Origin: Gemmatimonadota bacterium
Lineage (GTDB): Bacteria; Gemmatimonadota; Gemmatimonadetes; Gemmatimonadales; Gemmatimonadaceae
Assembly (NCBI GenBank): GCA_040389905.1
Contig: JAZJZK010000053.1
Coordinates: forward strand, 1-64,000
Direction of reading: 5' to 3'
DNA length: 64,000 bases
Shown here: positions 43,526-52,993 of the stretch, in pieces
Layout: each line of letters starts with the position of its first letter
How positions within the stretch are numbered: the first letter of the stretch is position 1
Notes under the pieces: generated by a model
Databases searched by the model: none
What the model was told of the DNA's origin: nothing
The model's input: the letters and a program-made list of their open reading frames with translations, nothing else
Translations under genes and position numbers: made by a program

Positions 43526-46228
43526 ATGACCATCCGGCACTCGACGGACGACGACGTACGTCACGTTGGAATTACCGAAAACGACATGCTCTCCGGCGGC
43601 CTCTCGGAGCACGCGCTGCTGCGCATCGTGACCGAGAATGCGCGCGTGGGGCTCGTCATCGTGAGCCGAGAGCGGCGATACACGTACGCCAACGGCACCT
43701 ACGCCGAGCTGCTTGCGCTTGCCGTCGAGAACCTCGTCGGGAAGCGTCTCGAGGACGTTCTCGCCGGAGTCTATGAGGAGCAGGTGCGTCCGCGCCTCGA
43801 TCGCGCCTTCGCGGGTGAGCGCGTTGATTATGAGCTACACCGACCGTCAGCGACCGGCGAGCGTTTCTATTCGGTCCGCTACGAGCCGACGATCGTCGAC
43901 GGAACGGTTGCATACGTCGTCGTTGTCATCATCGACATCACCGAGCGGCGTCAGACGCAGACGGACTCCAGCCGGTTCGCTGCAATCGTCGCGACGTCGG
44001 ACGACGCGATCATCAGCAAGGATCTCTCTGGCGACATCACCAGCTGGAACGCCGGAGCGGAGAGGCTCTTCGGCTATGCCGCGACGGAGATGGTAGGGGC
44101 GTCGATCATGCAGTTGATTCCCGACGAGCGCCGCGACGAAGAGCTGGAGATTCTGGCGAAGATCCGTCGCAACGAGAGCGTACGTCACTTCGAGACGCAG
44201 CGCCGCAGGAAGGACGGGCGGTTGATCGACGTGTCGGTCACGGCTTCTCCGATACGGGATGAAGTCGGACGCGTCATCGGTGTATCGAAGGTGGCGCGCG
44301 ACATCAGCGACCGCAAAGCCGTTGAGCAAGCGTTGCGTCTCGAGCGCGATCGGGCGCAGCGGTATCTGGATGCGGCCGACGTCATCTTGCTGGCGCTTGA
44401 TAACGCGGGGAACATCACGCTCATCAACCGAAAGGGGTGTGACATTCTTGGTCGGGGTGAGGCGGAATTGCTCGGACGCCCGTGGATCGACACGTGCCTC
44501 CCGGCGCGGGTCCGCGACACAATGACGCAGAAATTCAATCATCTGGTGAGCGGCGATGTGCGGCTTGTCGAAAACCTGATCGTCACGAAGTCGGGCGACG
44601 AGCGATTGATCGAATGGCGCAACAGTGTTCTCCACGATGACTTCGGGAACGTCATCGGCACGCTGAGTTCCGGGACCGACAATACCGAGCGAAACAACGC
44701 GATCGAAGCGCTCCGCGTCGCGGAGGAGCGCATGCGCTTCGCGCTCGAAAATGCCGGCGTCGGCATCTGGGACCAGGATTACGCCACGGGCGTGGCGCGC
44801 GTCTCGGACATTTGCCTCGCCCATCACGGGATGACTCCCGGAACCTTTGGTGGAACGTTCGATGCCTTCATCGAAGCCGTTCATCCTGAGGACCGCGCGC
44901 ACCTGACGGATACGATCAAGCAGGCAATCGCGTCTGGAGGCGACTTTTCGGCGGAATTCCGTGCACTGTGGCCGGATGGCACCGTTCGCTGGCTGAGCAA
45001 CACAGGCCGCATCCAACGTGGTGACCACGGCGAGCCGATTCGCGGCGTCGGGATTTCGATGGACATTACGGCGCGCCGGAGCCTCGAAGCGCAGTATCAT
45101 CAAGCGCAGAAAATGGAGGCCGTGGGGCGACTGGCTGGCGGCGTGGCGCACGACTTCAACAACCTGCTGACGGGCATCCTCGGGTATTGCCAGCTGGTGC
45201 TCGGCGACCTTGCTCCGGGCAGTCCCCTTCGCAATGACATCGAGCAGATCCAGAAGGCCGGCGAGAGCGCCGCGGGACTCACGCGCCAACTGCTCGCGTT
45301 CAGTCGGAAACAAGTCATCGAGCCCACGCTGCTGGATCTGAACGTGGTGATCGGGAACATGCGCGGACTGCTCGCTCGCGTGATCGGTGAAGACGTGCGC
45401 ATCGTTTTCAAGTTTCGTCCCGGCCTTGCCGCAGTCACCGCCGATGCCGGCCAGATGGAGCAGGTCATCATGAACCTCGCCGTCAATGCGCGCGACGCAA
45501 TGCCGGGTGGTGGCACGATCGTGATCGAGACCGCGAATGTGCAACTCGATGCGGAGTACGCCAGGACGCACTTTGCCGCGAAGCCTGGCCGGTACGTTGC
45601 GCTCACGATCAGTGACACCGGTTCGGGCATGCCTGCGGAGGTGAAGGATCGCCTCTTCGAACCATTCTTCACGACGAAGGAGATCGGCAAAGGGACCGGA
45701 CTCGGCCTCGCGACGGTGCACGGCATCGTGACGCGGAGCGACGGAAGCATCAACGTCCAGAGTGAGCTCGGCGTGGGGACGACGTTCACGATCTACCTGC
45801 CATGTTCGGAATCCTCAGCAGTAGCTGCTGGGCCGGCGCCCGGCGGCGAACGGCAGCGCAGCAAGGGAGAGACGGTCCTGCTCGTCGAAGACGCCGAGGG
45901 ATTGCGCACCCTGATCAAGCGCATTTTGGAACGACAGGGCTACGGCGTGCTGGTTGCATCGAGCGCCGGTGAAGCGCTCGAGCTCTTCGAGCGCCACACG
46001 ACGATCGACCTCGTGCTCACGGACGTGATCATGCCGGGTGGGAATGGCGCTGAATTGACGCGACGCCTCGTAGCGCAGCGGCCGGACATTCGGGTCGTCC
46101 ACATGTCCGGTTATACTGAGGATGCGATTACCCACCAGGGTGTGCTACAGGAGGGTATCGACTTTCTCCAAAAGCCATTCACATCCGAGGCCCTTGGACG
46201 AAAGCTACGGGAAGTCCTCGACCGCTGA
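43526..46228 (+). CDS. Cytoplasmic multi-PAS hybrid histidine kinase / response regulator (CckA-like)
   Basis: Four PAS/PAC repeats; 'GGVAHDFNNLL', 'EPFFTTK..GKGTGLGL'; C-terminal receiver. Confidence 0.95.
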   Translation: MTIRHSTDDDVRHVGITENDMLSGGLSEHALLRIVTENARVGLVIVSRERRYTYANGTYAELLALAVENLVGKRLEDVLAGVYEEQVRPRLDRAFAGERVDYELHRPSATGERFYSVRYEPTIVDGTVAYVVVVIIDITERRQTQTDSSRFAAIVATSDDAIISKDLSGDITSWNAGAERLFGYAATEMVGASIMQLIPDERRDEELEILAKIRRNESVRHFETQRRRKDGRLIDVSVTASPIRDEVGRVIGVSKVARDISDRKAVEQALRLERDRAQRYLDAADVILLALDNAGNITLINRKGCDILGRGEAELLGRPWIDTCLPARVRDTMTQKFNHLVSGDVRLVENLIVTKSGDERLIEWRNSVLHDDFGNVIGTLSSGTDNTERNNAIEALRVAEERMRFALENAGVGIWDQDYATGVARVSDICLAHHGMTPGTFGGTFDAFIEAVHPEDRAHLTDTIKQAIASGGDFSAEFRALWPDGTVRWLSNTGRIQRGDHGEPIRGVGISMDITARRSLEAQYHQAQKMEAVGRLAGGVAHDFNNLLTGILGYCQLVLGDLAPGSPLRNDIEQIQKAGESAAGLTRQLLAFSRKQVIEPTLLDLNVVIGNMRGLLARVIGEDVRIVFKFRPGLAAVTADAGQMEQVIMNLAVNARDAMPGGGTIVIETANVQLDAEYARTHFAAKPGRYVALTISDTGSGMPAEVKDRLFEPFFTTKEIGKGTGLGLATVHGIVTRSDGSINVQSELGVGTTFTIYLPCSESSAVAAGPAPGGERQRSKGETVLLVEDAEGLRTLIKRILERQGYGVLVASSAGEALELFERHTTIDLVLTDVIMPGGNGAELTRRLVAQRPDIRVVHMSGYTEDAITHQGVLQEGIDFLQKPFTSEALGRKLREVLDR

Positions 46229-46232
46229 CCGC

Positions 46233-47150
46233 ATGCGATACGCACGACAGCTCATCATGATCGTCGCCGGAACGCTATTCGCCGGCGTGGATTGCCTGGC
46301 CCAGCCCGCCTCGGTTGCGCGCACGGAGGACGGGCGCGTGCGGGTCGGTGACCGGGTTCGAACGTACGTGGTTGATCTTCCACCGCAGTACGACGGGCGC
46401 GCGTCGCTACCGCTCGTGATCGTGTTTCACGGCGGCGGAGGAAACGCCGAAAGTACGCGGCGTCAGACGCACATGAGTGATGCAGCAAAGGGGAAGGGGT
46501 TCATTGTCGTCTATCCCAATGGCTCAGGGAGGCTGCGCGAGCGGCTCCTGACATGGAACACCGGCAGTTGTTGTGGCTACGCACGCAACAACAACATCGA
46601 CGACGTGGCCTTTGTGCGCGCGATGCTGGATTCGTTGCAGCGCTCGTACAAGGTTGACGCGAAGCGAGTGTTTGCCACCGGACTATCGAATGGTGGCATG
46701 ATGTCGCACCTGGTTGGCTGCGCGTTGAGCGACCGATTCGCGGCGATCGCGCCGGTATCCGGTGAGCTCTCGGTTCCCTGTAGTCCGGCCAACCCCGTGT
46801 CGGTCATGATTATCCATGGTACCGCGGACAAGAATCTCCCGTACGACGGCGGGCCCGGCGAACGAGCGCTCGAACGTCACGATGTGAAGCCGGTGAGCTT
46901 TGCCGTGGACTCGTGGCTGCGCTTCGATCGCTGCACAGCAAAGCCGATGGTAGACTCGACGTCAGCGCTGGTTCACAGCACATATGGCATGTGCGCCAAC
47001 GCGACCGCGGTTGAGCTCTACAATATCATCGGCGGCCCGCACGCGTGGCCGATGGGGGTGAAACTGGGGCCTGGTCTCGATGCGCCGAGCACCGCGCTGG
47101 ATGCGTCGAAGGTGATTCTGGAGTTCTTCGCAACGCATCCGAAGCGGTAG
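46233..47150 (+). CDS. Secreted LpqC / PHB-depolymerase-like esterase
   Basis: 'PLVIVFHGGGG', 'WNTGSCCG', 'DDVAF', GLSNG nucleophile, 'HGTAD', 'HAWP'. Confidence 0.88.
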   Translation: MRYARQLIMIVAGTLFAGVDCLAQPASVARTEDGRVRVGDRVRTYVVDLPPQYDGRASLPLVIVFHGGGGNAESTRRQTHMSDAAKGKGFIVVYPNGSGRLRERLLTWNTGSCCGYARNNNIDDVAFVRAMLDSLQRSYKVDAKRVFATGLSNGGMMSHLVGCALSDRFAAIAPVSGELSVPCSPANPVSVMIIHGTADKNLPYDGGPGERALERHDVKPVSFAVDSWLRFDRCTAKPMVDSTSALVHSTYGMCANATAVELYNIIGGPHAWPMGVKLGPGLDAPSTALDASKVILEFFATHPKR

Positions 47151-47177
47151 CCAACGCGCCCGTGATATTATTATCGG

Positions 47178-48701
47178 GTGAAATTCGCCGATGTCGTCAC
47201 CGCCTCCGCGCAGGTGGCCGCTACCTCGGGCCGCCTCGCCAAAGTCGCGCTGCTTGCTGATCTTCTCCGGCGCGCGCCGCACGACGAGGTTCGTATGGTC
47301 ATCGGTTTCCTCATCGGCTGGCCGCGGCAGAACAAGCTCGGCGTGGGTTGGGCCGCTGTCTCGAAGGCGCGTGCCGACACCGTGTGTCCCGACGCCACGC
47401 TGACCGTTGGTGACGTCGACCGCGCGTTCGACGAACTCGCCGGAACGAACGGAAAGCACTCCTCGGCGCAGCGCGGACGAATCCTCGCGTCACTCTTCAG
47501 CCGCGCGACGGAGGCCGAGCAGGACTTCCTCGGCGCACTGATCGTGGGTGCGGTGCGGCAGGGCGCGCTCGAAGGAGTATTGGTGGAAGCCATCGCGCGG
47601 GCTGCTGACGTTCCCGCCGAGCGCGTCCGCCGAGCGGCGATGATGGCCGGCGATCTCGGTGTTATTGCGGAAGCCGCGCTCGTGCGGGGCACCGACGCAC
47701 TCGATGCGTATGGTCTCGAGCTGTTCCGCCCGGTGTCGCCAATGCTGGCGGATTCGGCGGACACCGTCGCTGAGGCGATGGTGGGTAACGCAGAGTATCT
47801 GATCGAGCGGAAGCTCGATGGCGCGCGGATTCAGGTGCACGTGCGAAATGGCAGCGTCGTCGTTTACACGCGCAACTTGAATGACGTCACGGGTGCTGTG
47901 CCGGAAGTCGTGGAAGCCGTTCGCGCGTTGCCACTGCGCGAAGCGATCTTCGACGGCGAGGTGATCGCGCTGGCGCCCGATGGACGTCCGCGTTCCTTCC
48001 AGACGACGATGCGCCGCTTCGGCCGGAAGCTCGACACTGATGCCATGCGATCGGAGATACCGCTTGCGCCCTTCTTTTTCGACATCCTGCTCCTCGATGG
48101 CGAGAGCGTAATCGATCTGCCCCTCACCGAGCGTCGCGCCGCGTTGGATCGCGTGGTGCCGAGTGCGTTTCGTGTGCCCGCGATCACCACGGCAGATGCC
48201 GACGAGGCTGGCCGCTTTCAGGAAGGGACCATTGCGAGCGGTCACGAAGGCGTGATGGTGAAGAGTCTCGAGGCTCCGTACGCGGCGGGGAAGCGAGGGT
48301 CAGCGTGGGTGAAGGTGAAGACGGCGCGGACGCTCGATCTCGTGGTGCTCGCTGCCGAATGGGGCTCCGGCCGGCGCAACGGTTGGCTCAGCAACATCCA
48401 CCTTGGCGCGCGCGATCCGCGCACTGGTGACTTTGTCATGCTCGGGAAGACGTTCAAGGGCATGACGGACGAGATGCTCGCGTGGCAGACGATGGAATTT
48501 CTGGCGCGCGAGGAGCGTCGAGCGGGACACATTGTGTACCTGCGCCCGGAAATCGTCGTGGAAGTGGCGTTCAACGAAGTGCAGGAGAGCTCGCAGTATC
48601 CCGGTGGCGCGTCACTCCGTTTCGCGCGCGTAAAGGGCTATCGGCCGGACAAGCGGGCAGAGGAAGCCGACACGATCGACACGGTGCGGACGTTGATGTA
48701 A
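47178..48701 (+). CDS. ATP-dependent DNA ligase (LigB / archaeal-type architecture)
   Basis: KxDG 'ERKLDGARIQVH', 'FDGE', 'FDIL', 'EGVMVK', 'WVKVK', 'LRFARV..RPDK'; N-terminal DNA-binding domain. Confidence 0.95.
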   Translation: MKFADVVTASAQVAATSGRLAKVALLADLLRRAPHDEVRMVIGFLIGWPRQNKLGVGWAAVSKARADTVCPDATLTVGDVDRAFDELAGTNGKHSSAQRGRILASLFSRATEAEQDFLGALIVGAVRQGALEGVLVEAIARAADVPAERVRRAAMMAGDLGVIAEAALVRGTDALDAYGLELFRPVSPMLADSADTVAEAMVGNAEYLIERKLDGARIQVHVRNGSVVVYTRNLNDVTGAVPEVVEAVRALPLREAIFDGEVIALAPDGRPRSFQTTMRRFGRKLDTDAMRSEIPLAPFFFDILLLDGESVIDLPLTERRAALDRVVPSAFRVPAITTADADEAGRFQEGTIASGHEGVMVKSLEAPYAAGKRGSAWVKVKTARTLDLVVLAAEWGSGRRNGWLSNIHLGARDPRTGDFVMLGKTFKGMTDEMLAWQTMEFLAREERRAGHIVYLRPEIVVEVAFNEVQESSQYPGGASLRFARVKGYRPDKRAEEADTIDTVRTLM

Positions 48702-48723
48702 CCTCGTCGGCCGATACGTGTTA

Positions 48724-49272
48724 TCAGCGGCCCGTTTGCACCGGCGCGCGGGCGGACTCGCTCAACAGCCGCTCGACCTCGGTGCGCAACGCCTCCTCGG
48801 CAAAGATGCCAGTCACCCGTTTCACGATCTTTCCGTTGCGGTCGATGAGGATCGAGACGGGAAGCGCCCACACGCCGCCGAAGGACTCGACCAGTTCTTC
48901 CGCCCCGACGATGATGGGGTACCTGATCGCATGTTCGCGCAGGAAGTCGTACATGGCGAATGGATCCGTGTCGTTCGTCCAGATGCCCAGTACGACGAAT
49001 CCCTGGTCCTTCTTCGCGTGATAGACGCGGTCGAAGGCCGGCATTTCGGTGACGCACGGACCGCACCAGCTCGCCCAGAAGTTCACGAGGACGACCTTCC
49101 CGAGTGCACTGTCGCGCGTGATCGGGACTTCATCGAGCGTCTTGACCGCAAAGGCGGGCATCTCGTCGCCGACGCTCCCGCCACGCAATACGTCAAGTTG
49201 CGGCGATAGCCGATATGTGAAGAACGCGACCGCCAACCCCAGGCCGATGAACTTCCAGGTGCGATCTCTCAA
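48724..49272 (-). CDS. TlpA/ResA-family thiol-disulfide oxidoreductase (TTG start inferred)
   Basis: 'GKVVLVNFWASWCGPCVTEMP', 'LPVSILIDRNG'; N-terminal TM. Confidence 0.9.
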   Translation of the reverse strand: MRDRTWKFIGLGLAVAFFTYRLSPQLDVLRGGSVGDEMPAFAVKTLDEVPITRDSALGKVVLVNFWASWCGPCVTEMPAFDRVYHAKKDQGFVVLGIWTNDTDPFAMYDFLREHAIRYPIIVGAEELVESFGGVWALPVSILIDRNGKIVKRVTGIFAEEALRTEVERLLSESARAPVQTGR

Positions 49273-49292
49273 TGCATGAGCCTCGGGACGTT

Positions 49293-49381
49293 CGCTCGTT
49301 TTGTCGCCCTGAGCGAAGCGAAGGGGCTGCACCTCAACCCAGACTGAAGGTGCAGATCCCTCGACTTCGCTCGGGGTGACA
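49293..49381. repeat. REP-like palindromic element
   Basis: TGTCGCCCTGAGCGAAGCGAAGGGGCTGCAC...GTGCAGATCCCTCGACTTCGCTCGGGGTGACA. Confidence 0.9.
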
Positions 49382-49395
49382 GCCACATCTCGAGT

Positions 49396-50244
49396 TCAGA
49401 TGCTGTGAGCTCGCTGACCGCGCAACGACGCAAAGGTGCTGACGAGTGCCAGCAACACACCGCAAGCGACCACGATTGCCGCGCCCGTGGGCAGGTCGAA
49501 CTTGTACGACGCCCACAAGCCACCGAGACTCGCCGTCGCCGCAATGCACCAACCCACGACGAGGCGCGACGTCCACGTGCGCGCGAGCATCACCGCACAG
49601 ACAGCAGGTACGATGAGGTAGGCGAAGGTCAGCAGCACGCCCGCAATGCGGACGAACGACACGACGACCAGCGCAAATGCCGCGTAGAACAGGAAGTCCC
49701 AGACCATCACCATCATCCCGGAGCCGTGCGCCGCCTTGAAATTCTCCGAGATGAGGGCGAAGCGCTTGTGGAACACCGCGTAAAACGCGCCGAGCGCCAC
49801 GAATGTGGCCGCGCGCTTCATGACGTCTTCGACCGTGACGTTGAGAATGTCGCCCGTCAGCAAGTGCTCGAGCTCTTCCTTGCCGCCGGCGACTCGGCTG
49901 AGCAACAGAATGACGGCCGCCGCGGCAACGACGAACGTGATGCCGATGATCGCCTCCTGCGGGACCTCATGCTGCTCGATGCTGCGAGACCAACTGAAGA
50001 GACCCGCGGCGAGGAACGTGACGACAAGGGAGATCCAGAACGTCGCCATGTCGCCGAACTGGAAGCCCATGATGAGCGCGATGCATGTGCCGAGCGTCGC
50101 GACTTGTGCGAGCGCGAGGTCAACGAAGATCACTTCGCGTTTCACAACATGAAGGCCGAGGTAGACGAGTAGGGGCGGAAGAATCAGGCAGGCGGCGAGC
50201 GGCCACTTCATGACCGCCCACGCGATGGCGAATTCGCTACTCAT
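49396..50244 (-). CDS. Metal ABC transporter permease (ZnuB/ABC-3 family)
   Basis: 'GLHVVKREVIFVDLALAQ', 'EAIIGI', 'GVLLTFAYLIVPA', 'DLPTGAAIV'. Confidence 0.9.
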   Translation of the reverse strand: MSSEFAIAWAVMKWPLAACLILPPLLVYLGLHVVKREVIFVDLALAQVATLGTCIALIMGFQFGDMATFWISLVVTFLAAGLFSWSRSIEQHEVPQEAIIGITFVVAAAAVILLLSRVAGGKEELEHLLTGDILNVTVEDVMKRAATFVALGAFYAVFHKRFALISENFKAAHGSGMMVMVWDFLFYAAFALVVVSFVRIAGVLLTFAYLIVPAVCAVMLARTWTSRLVVGWCIAATASLGGLWASYKFDLPTGAAIVVACGVLLALVSTFASLRGQRAHSI

Positions 50245-51170
50245 TTCTTGGCCTGGAGTGCGGTGGTGACCGAGTGCACGAGCATATCCATCATCTCGAC
50301 GTAGGTATCCGTTCCCTTGATTGCGCCGGGTTGCTGCGACACGTCGACGACGACACCGCTGGCCTCGAGCGCGACCTTCTCAGCCGTCTTTCTGTTCTGG
50401 TAGGGCTGGACGAGAATCACGTGCGCATTTTGCGCGCGCATCGTTCCGATGACCTTTGCCTGGTGCGCCGGCGACGGTGCAATGCCCGGCTTCGGCTCCA
50501 GCGTTTCCACTACGTCGAGCTTGAAGCGCTCGCCGAAGTAGATGAAATCGTTGTGGTAGGTCACGATCTTCGCGCCAGCGTACGGCGCGAGGAGCTTCTG
50601 CCATTCGGTGGTCTTCGCATCCACCGCGGCATTGAACTTCGCCAGATTGGCCTTGAACGTTGCCGCATCGGCAGGATCGACTTGCGTGAAATGCGCCGCA
50701 ATATTGGCCGCAACGATCTTGGCGTCCATGGGGTCGATGAGGAAATGCGGATTGCCGAGGGCGTGGACATCGCCGCGCGAGCGATCGAGCGTCGTCGGCA
50801 CTTCGAGCATCCGGATGCCCGCCGAGGCCAGAACCAGACCGGGTGCACCGGCGGCGAGGCGGTCATTACGCGCACTCTCGAGCAGCGGCGGAAGCCATCC
50901 GATCTCCAGCTCGGCTCCGCCCTCGATCAGCACATCTGCGCGATTGAGCGTGACGATGTGACTCGGTTTCGCATCGACGAAGTGCGGATCTTCCGAGGGC
51001 TTCGCGAGCGTCTTCACATCGACGGCGTCGCCACCGATCTCGCGCGCGAGTGCCCCGAGATCCGGTGTCGTCGTCACGACGTTGAGCTTCTTTGCTGCCG
51101 GCGGCGTCACCACGCTCGAAAGCACGAGAGCGGCCGTAACCGCGAGACGCGGTAGAATCATGAGACTCAT
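50241..51170 (-). CDS. Metal-binding protein, ZnuA/TroA (cluster A-I) family
   Basis: 'VVTTTPDL', 'EDPHF', 'DVHALGNPHF', 'TYH', 'EPKPGIAPS'. Confidence 0.93.
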   Translation of the reverse strand: MSLMILPRLAVTAALVLSSVVTPPAAKKLNVVTTTPDLGALAREIGGDAVDVKTLAKPSEDPHFVDAKPSHIVTLNRADVLIEGGAELEIGWLPPLLESARNDRLAAGAPGLVLASAGIRMLEVPTTLDRSRGDVHALGNPHFLIDPMDAKIVAANIAAHFTQVDPADAATFKANLAKFNAAVDAKTTEWQKLLAPYAGAKIVTYHNDFIYFGERFKLDVVETLEPKPGIAPSPAHQAKVIGTMRAQNAHVILVQPYQNRKTAEKVALEASGVVVDVSQQPGAIKGTDTYVEMMDMLVHSVTTALQAKK

Positions 51171-51182
51171 TTCTTGTTACTC

Positions 51183-52520
51183 CTAGAATTTGTGCGCCGC
51201 ATGGGCGCCCATCATGAATTCGAATTGAAGCCAGAGCGAATGCTCAGTGCCCAGCCCCGCTCGGCGATCGACGTTGTATTGCAGACGAAGCTTGGAGAAC
51301 TCGGACGGATACCACGTCAGATTCGGTGATACGCGCTCTCTGTTCGTGCGGAGTTCGGACTCGAATGACGCCGCGCTGTTTCGCGTAACGTCGCCGCGAA
51401 GTCCCAGGATCACTCGTGGTCTGATACCCCAGAGCAGCTGGGAATAGCCACCCCAATCGCTGAGTGTTTCTGCGCGGAGCGTCGCGCCCGCATCGTCCAG
51501 GGCGACTCGATCCGCGGCACCGTACCGCCGCGAAATCAGTTCAGTCTGCCACGCCACGAACGGGAAGCCTGCCTGCGCGGCCTCGGCCTTCCACTTGTAA
51601 TAGGCATCCACACCATAGATCGACGTCCGCGCGCTCGACCCGGAGTTGTTCGGCCCGAACCCTGCCGATGCGCCGAGCACGATGGTCTGTGTCTCGGTGA
51701 GATCGAGTGAGGTGGTGAGGCGCGGAACGATGAGCAGATCTGTGAGGCTTCCGACCTCGCGATCGACTGGCACGCCGCCGTGTATCTCGCCCGACTCCTC
51801 GGAGCGGAAGCTCGACGTCGTTCCGCCCGCGCTGTTGAGGACGGAGACCATCGCTTCAGTATAGATGTCCGTTGGCAGGAGCCACGACAGTTTTGCGCCT
51901 TGTCCCCGCAGCCCATCGGACCCGAACATCTGATTGAGGACGAGCGGCTGGTCGACGAACGCCCATGCGTGCGGATGCTGCGCATTCTGCCGACCGAAAT
52001 CCGTCAGCATCTGGCCTGCTTTTGCCTGAAGATTCCACGGGAGTGATGTCGTCTGCGCCCATGCCTCCTCGAGCTCGACGCCTGTTTCGCCATTCTTGTC
52101 GAGCTTGTAGACCAGCGCGCTGAAGCCCTTGAAGTACGGGTCCACGGCGCCGTCGAAGGTTAGCTCGACATTCGGGACCGTGAAGCCGCGAACGAGCGGG
52201 TCGTGATCGCCGCGAAGGAGGGAGCCAACGTTGGGCGTTGACGACCATCCGAAATCGGAAAGCGCGTCGAAGCCCATGTTCATATAGGCGCCCCCGGCGC
52301 GCTGTGGCGTGGCGGGCGCCGGGGCTTCCGCAGGTCCGGCGCGGAGAAGGCTGTCGAGCTTTTCCTGCTGTGCCTTGACGGCGGCAGTGAGAGAATCGAG
52401 TGTGCGCTGCTGTCGGCGCGCAGTCGTATCGGATGCCTGCTGGGCAGCGAGCGGAACGCTCGCGCAGCCACAGGCAATCATGACCGCGACGAATGTCGCG
52501 GTCCTGTGAAGCCGGTTCAT
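51183..52520 (-). CDS. Outer-membrane beta-barrel / porin with an N-terminal coiled coil and His motifs
   Basis: Signal peptide, coiled coil, 'ELEEAW', 'NAQHPHAW', 'SEFSKLRLQY', C-terminal 'GAHAAHKF'. Confidence 0.82.
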   Translation of the reverse strand: MNRLHRTATFVAVMIACGCASVPLAAQQASDTTARRQQRTLDSLTAAVKAQQEKLDSLLRAGPAEAPAPATPQRAGGAYMNMGFDALSDFGWSSTPNVGSLLRGDHDPLVRGFTVPNVELTFDGAVDPYFKGFSALVYKLDKNGETGVELEEAWAQTTSLPWNLQAKAGQMLTDFGRQNAQHPHAWAFVDQPLVLNQMFGSDGLRGQGAKLSWLLPTDIYTEAMVSVLNSAGGTTSSFRSEESGEIHGGVPVDREVGSLTDLLIVPRLTTSLDLTETQTIVLGASAGFGPNNSGSSARTSIYGVDAYYKWKAEAAQAGFPFVAWQTELISRRYGAADRVALDDAGATLRAETLSDWGGYSQLLWGIRPRVILGLRGDVTRNSAASFESELRTNRERVSPNLTWYPSEFSKLRLQYNVDRRAGLGTEHSLWLQFEFMMGAHAAHKF

Positions 52521-52602
52521 GTGTGATTTGTCTCGAATGATGGCTCACCGGCGAGAGGAGTCCCGCCGAGCGTTTGTGAGCGCGCTCGGCGCTCACGGTC
52601 CG
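52521..52602 (-). promoter_or_regulatory. Intercistronic region with mutually exclusive hairpins (attenuator-like)
   Basis: Minus strand GTGAGCG/CGCTCAC plus CGGCGGGA/TCTCGCCG versus the overlapping CGCCGAGCG/CGCTCGGCG stem. Confidence 0.55.
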
Positions 52603-52950
52603 TCAGACGAGCTGGTCTGGGGGGGCCCTGGAGAGGTAGCCATGTCCGCGCAACGACTCGGTGCTGGGCGCGGAGAACTCCGCGAGCCCGCCGGTGAGGC
52701 GGCGCGGAACCTCGAGCGGATCCGCTGAGGTGCCGACCATCAGCACGCTGAGGTACTGGCAGACGACGCAGTCGGCCGAATGTGGCGGCCGGCAGGCGGT
52801 GCGCGACTCGTCCTCGACGTGCGAATACGCATTGCGGCGGTCGATCGCATCCACGGCGTCGCTCACGCTCAACGTCGCCGGCAGCGCGAATTGCACTGCA
52901 GCGAAGAAGACCGTGAGGAAGCGGGTCCAGCGACTCGGCCGAATCATCAA
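52603..52950 (-). CDS. DUF2946/CruR-like leader protein with CxxC and a C-terminal RAPP motif
   Basis: Hydrophobic N-terminus, 'HVE...CRPPHSADCVVC', ends 'SRAPPDQLV'; directly upstream of metal-uptake genes. Confidence 0.8.
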   Translation of the reverse strand: MMIRPSRWTRFLTVFFAAVQFALPATLSVSDAVDAIDRRNAYSHVEDESRTACRPPHSADCVVCQYLSVLMVGTSADPLEVPRRLTGGLAEFSAPSTESLRGHGYLSRAPPDQLV

Positions 52951-52993
52951 ATGGAAGCCTATATGGTCGTAGGGCCGGAGGCAAATGTGATCA

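Noticed and set aside
43847..45721. 624-aa minus-strand ORF opposite the PAS kinase
   Set aside because: Antisense shadow with no recognisable domain
49273..49386. N-terminal extension of TlpA (MAVTPSEVEGS...LRFAQGDK)
   Set aside because: It is the REP-like element read in frame; the same peptides appear in junk ORFs at 33341 and 39303. A later start is more likely
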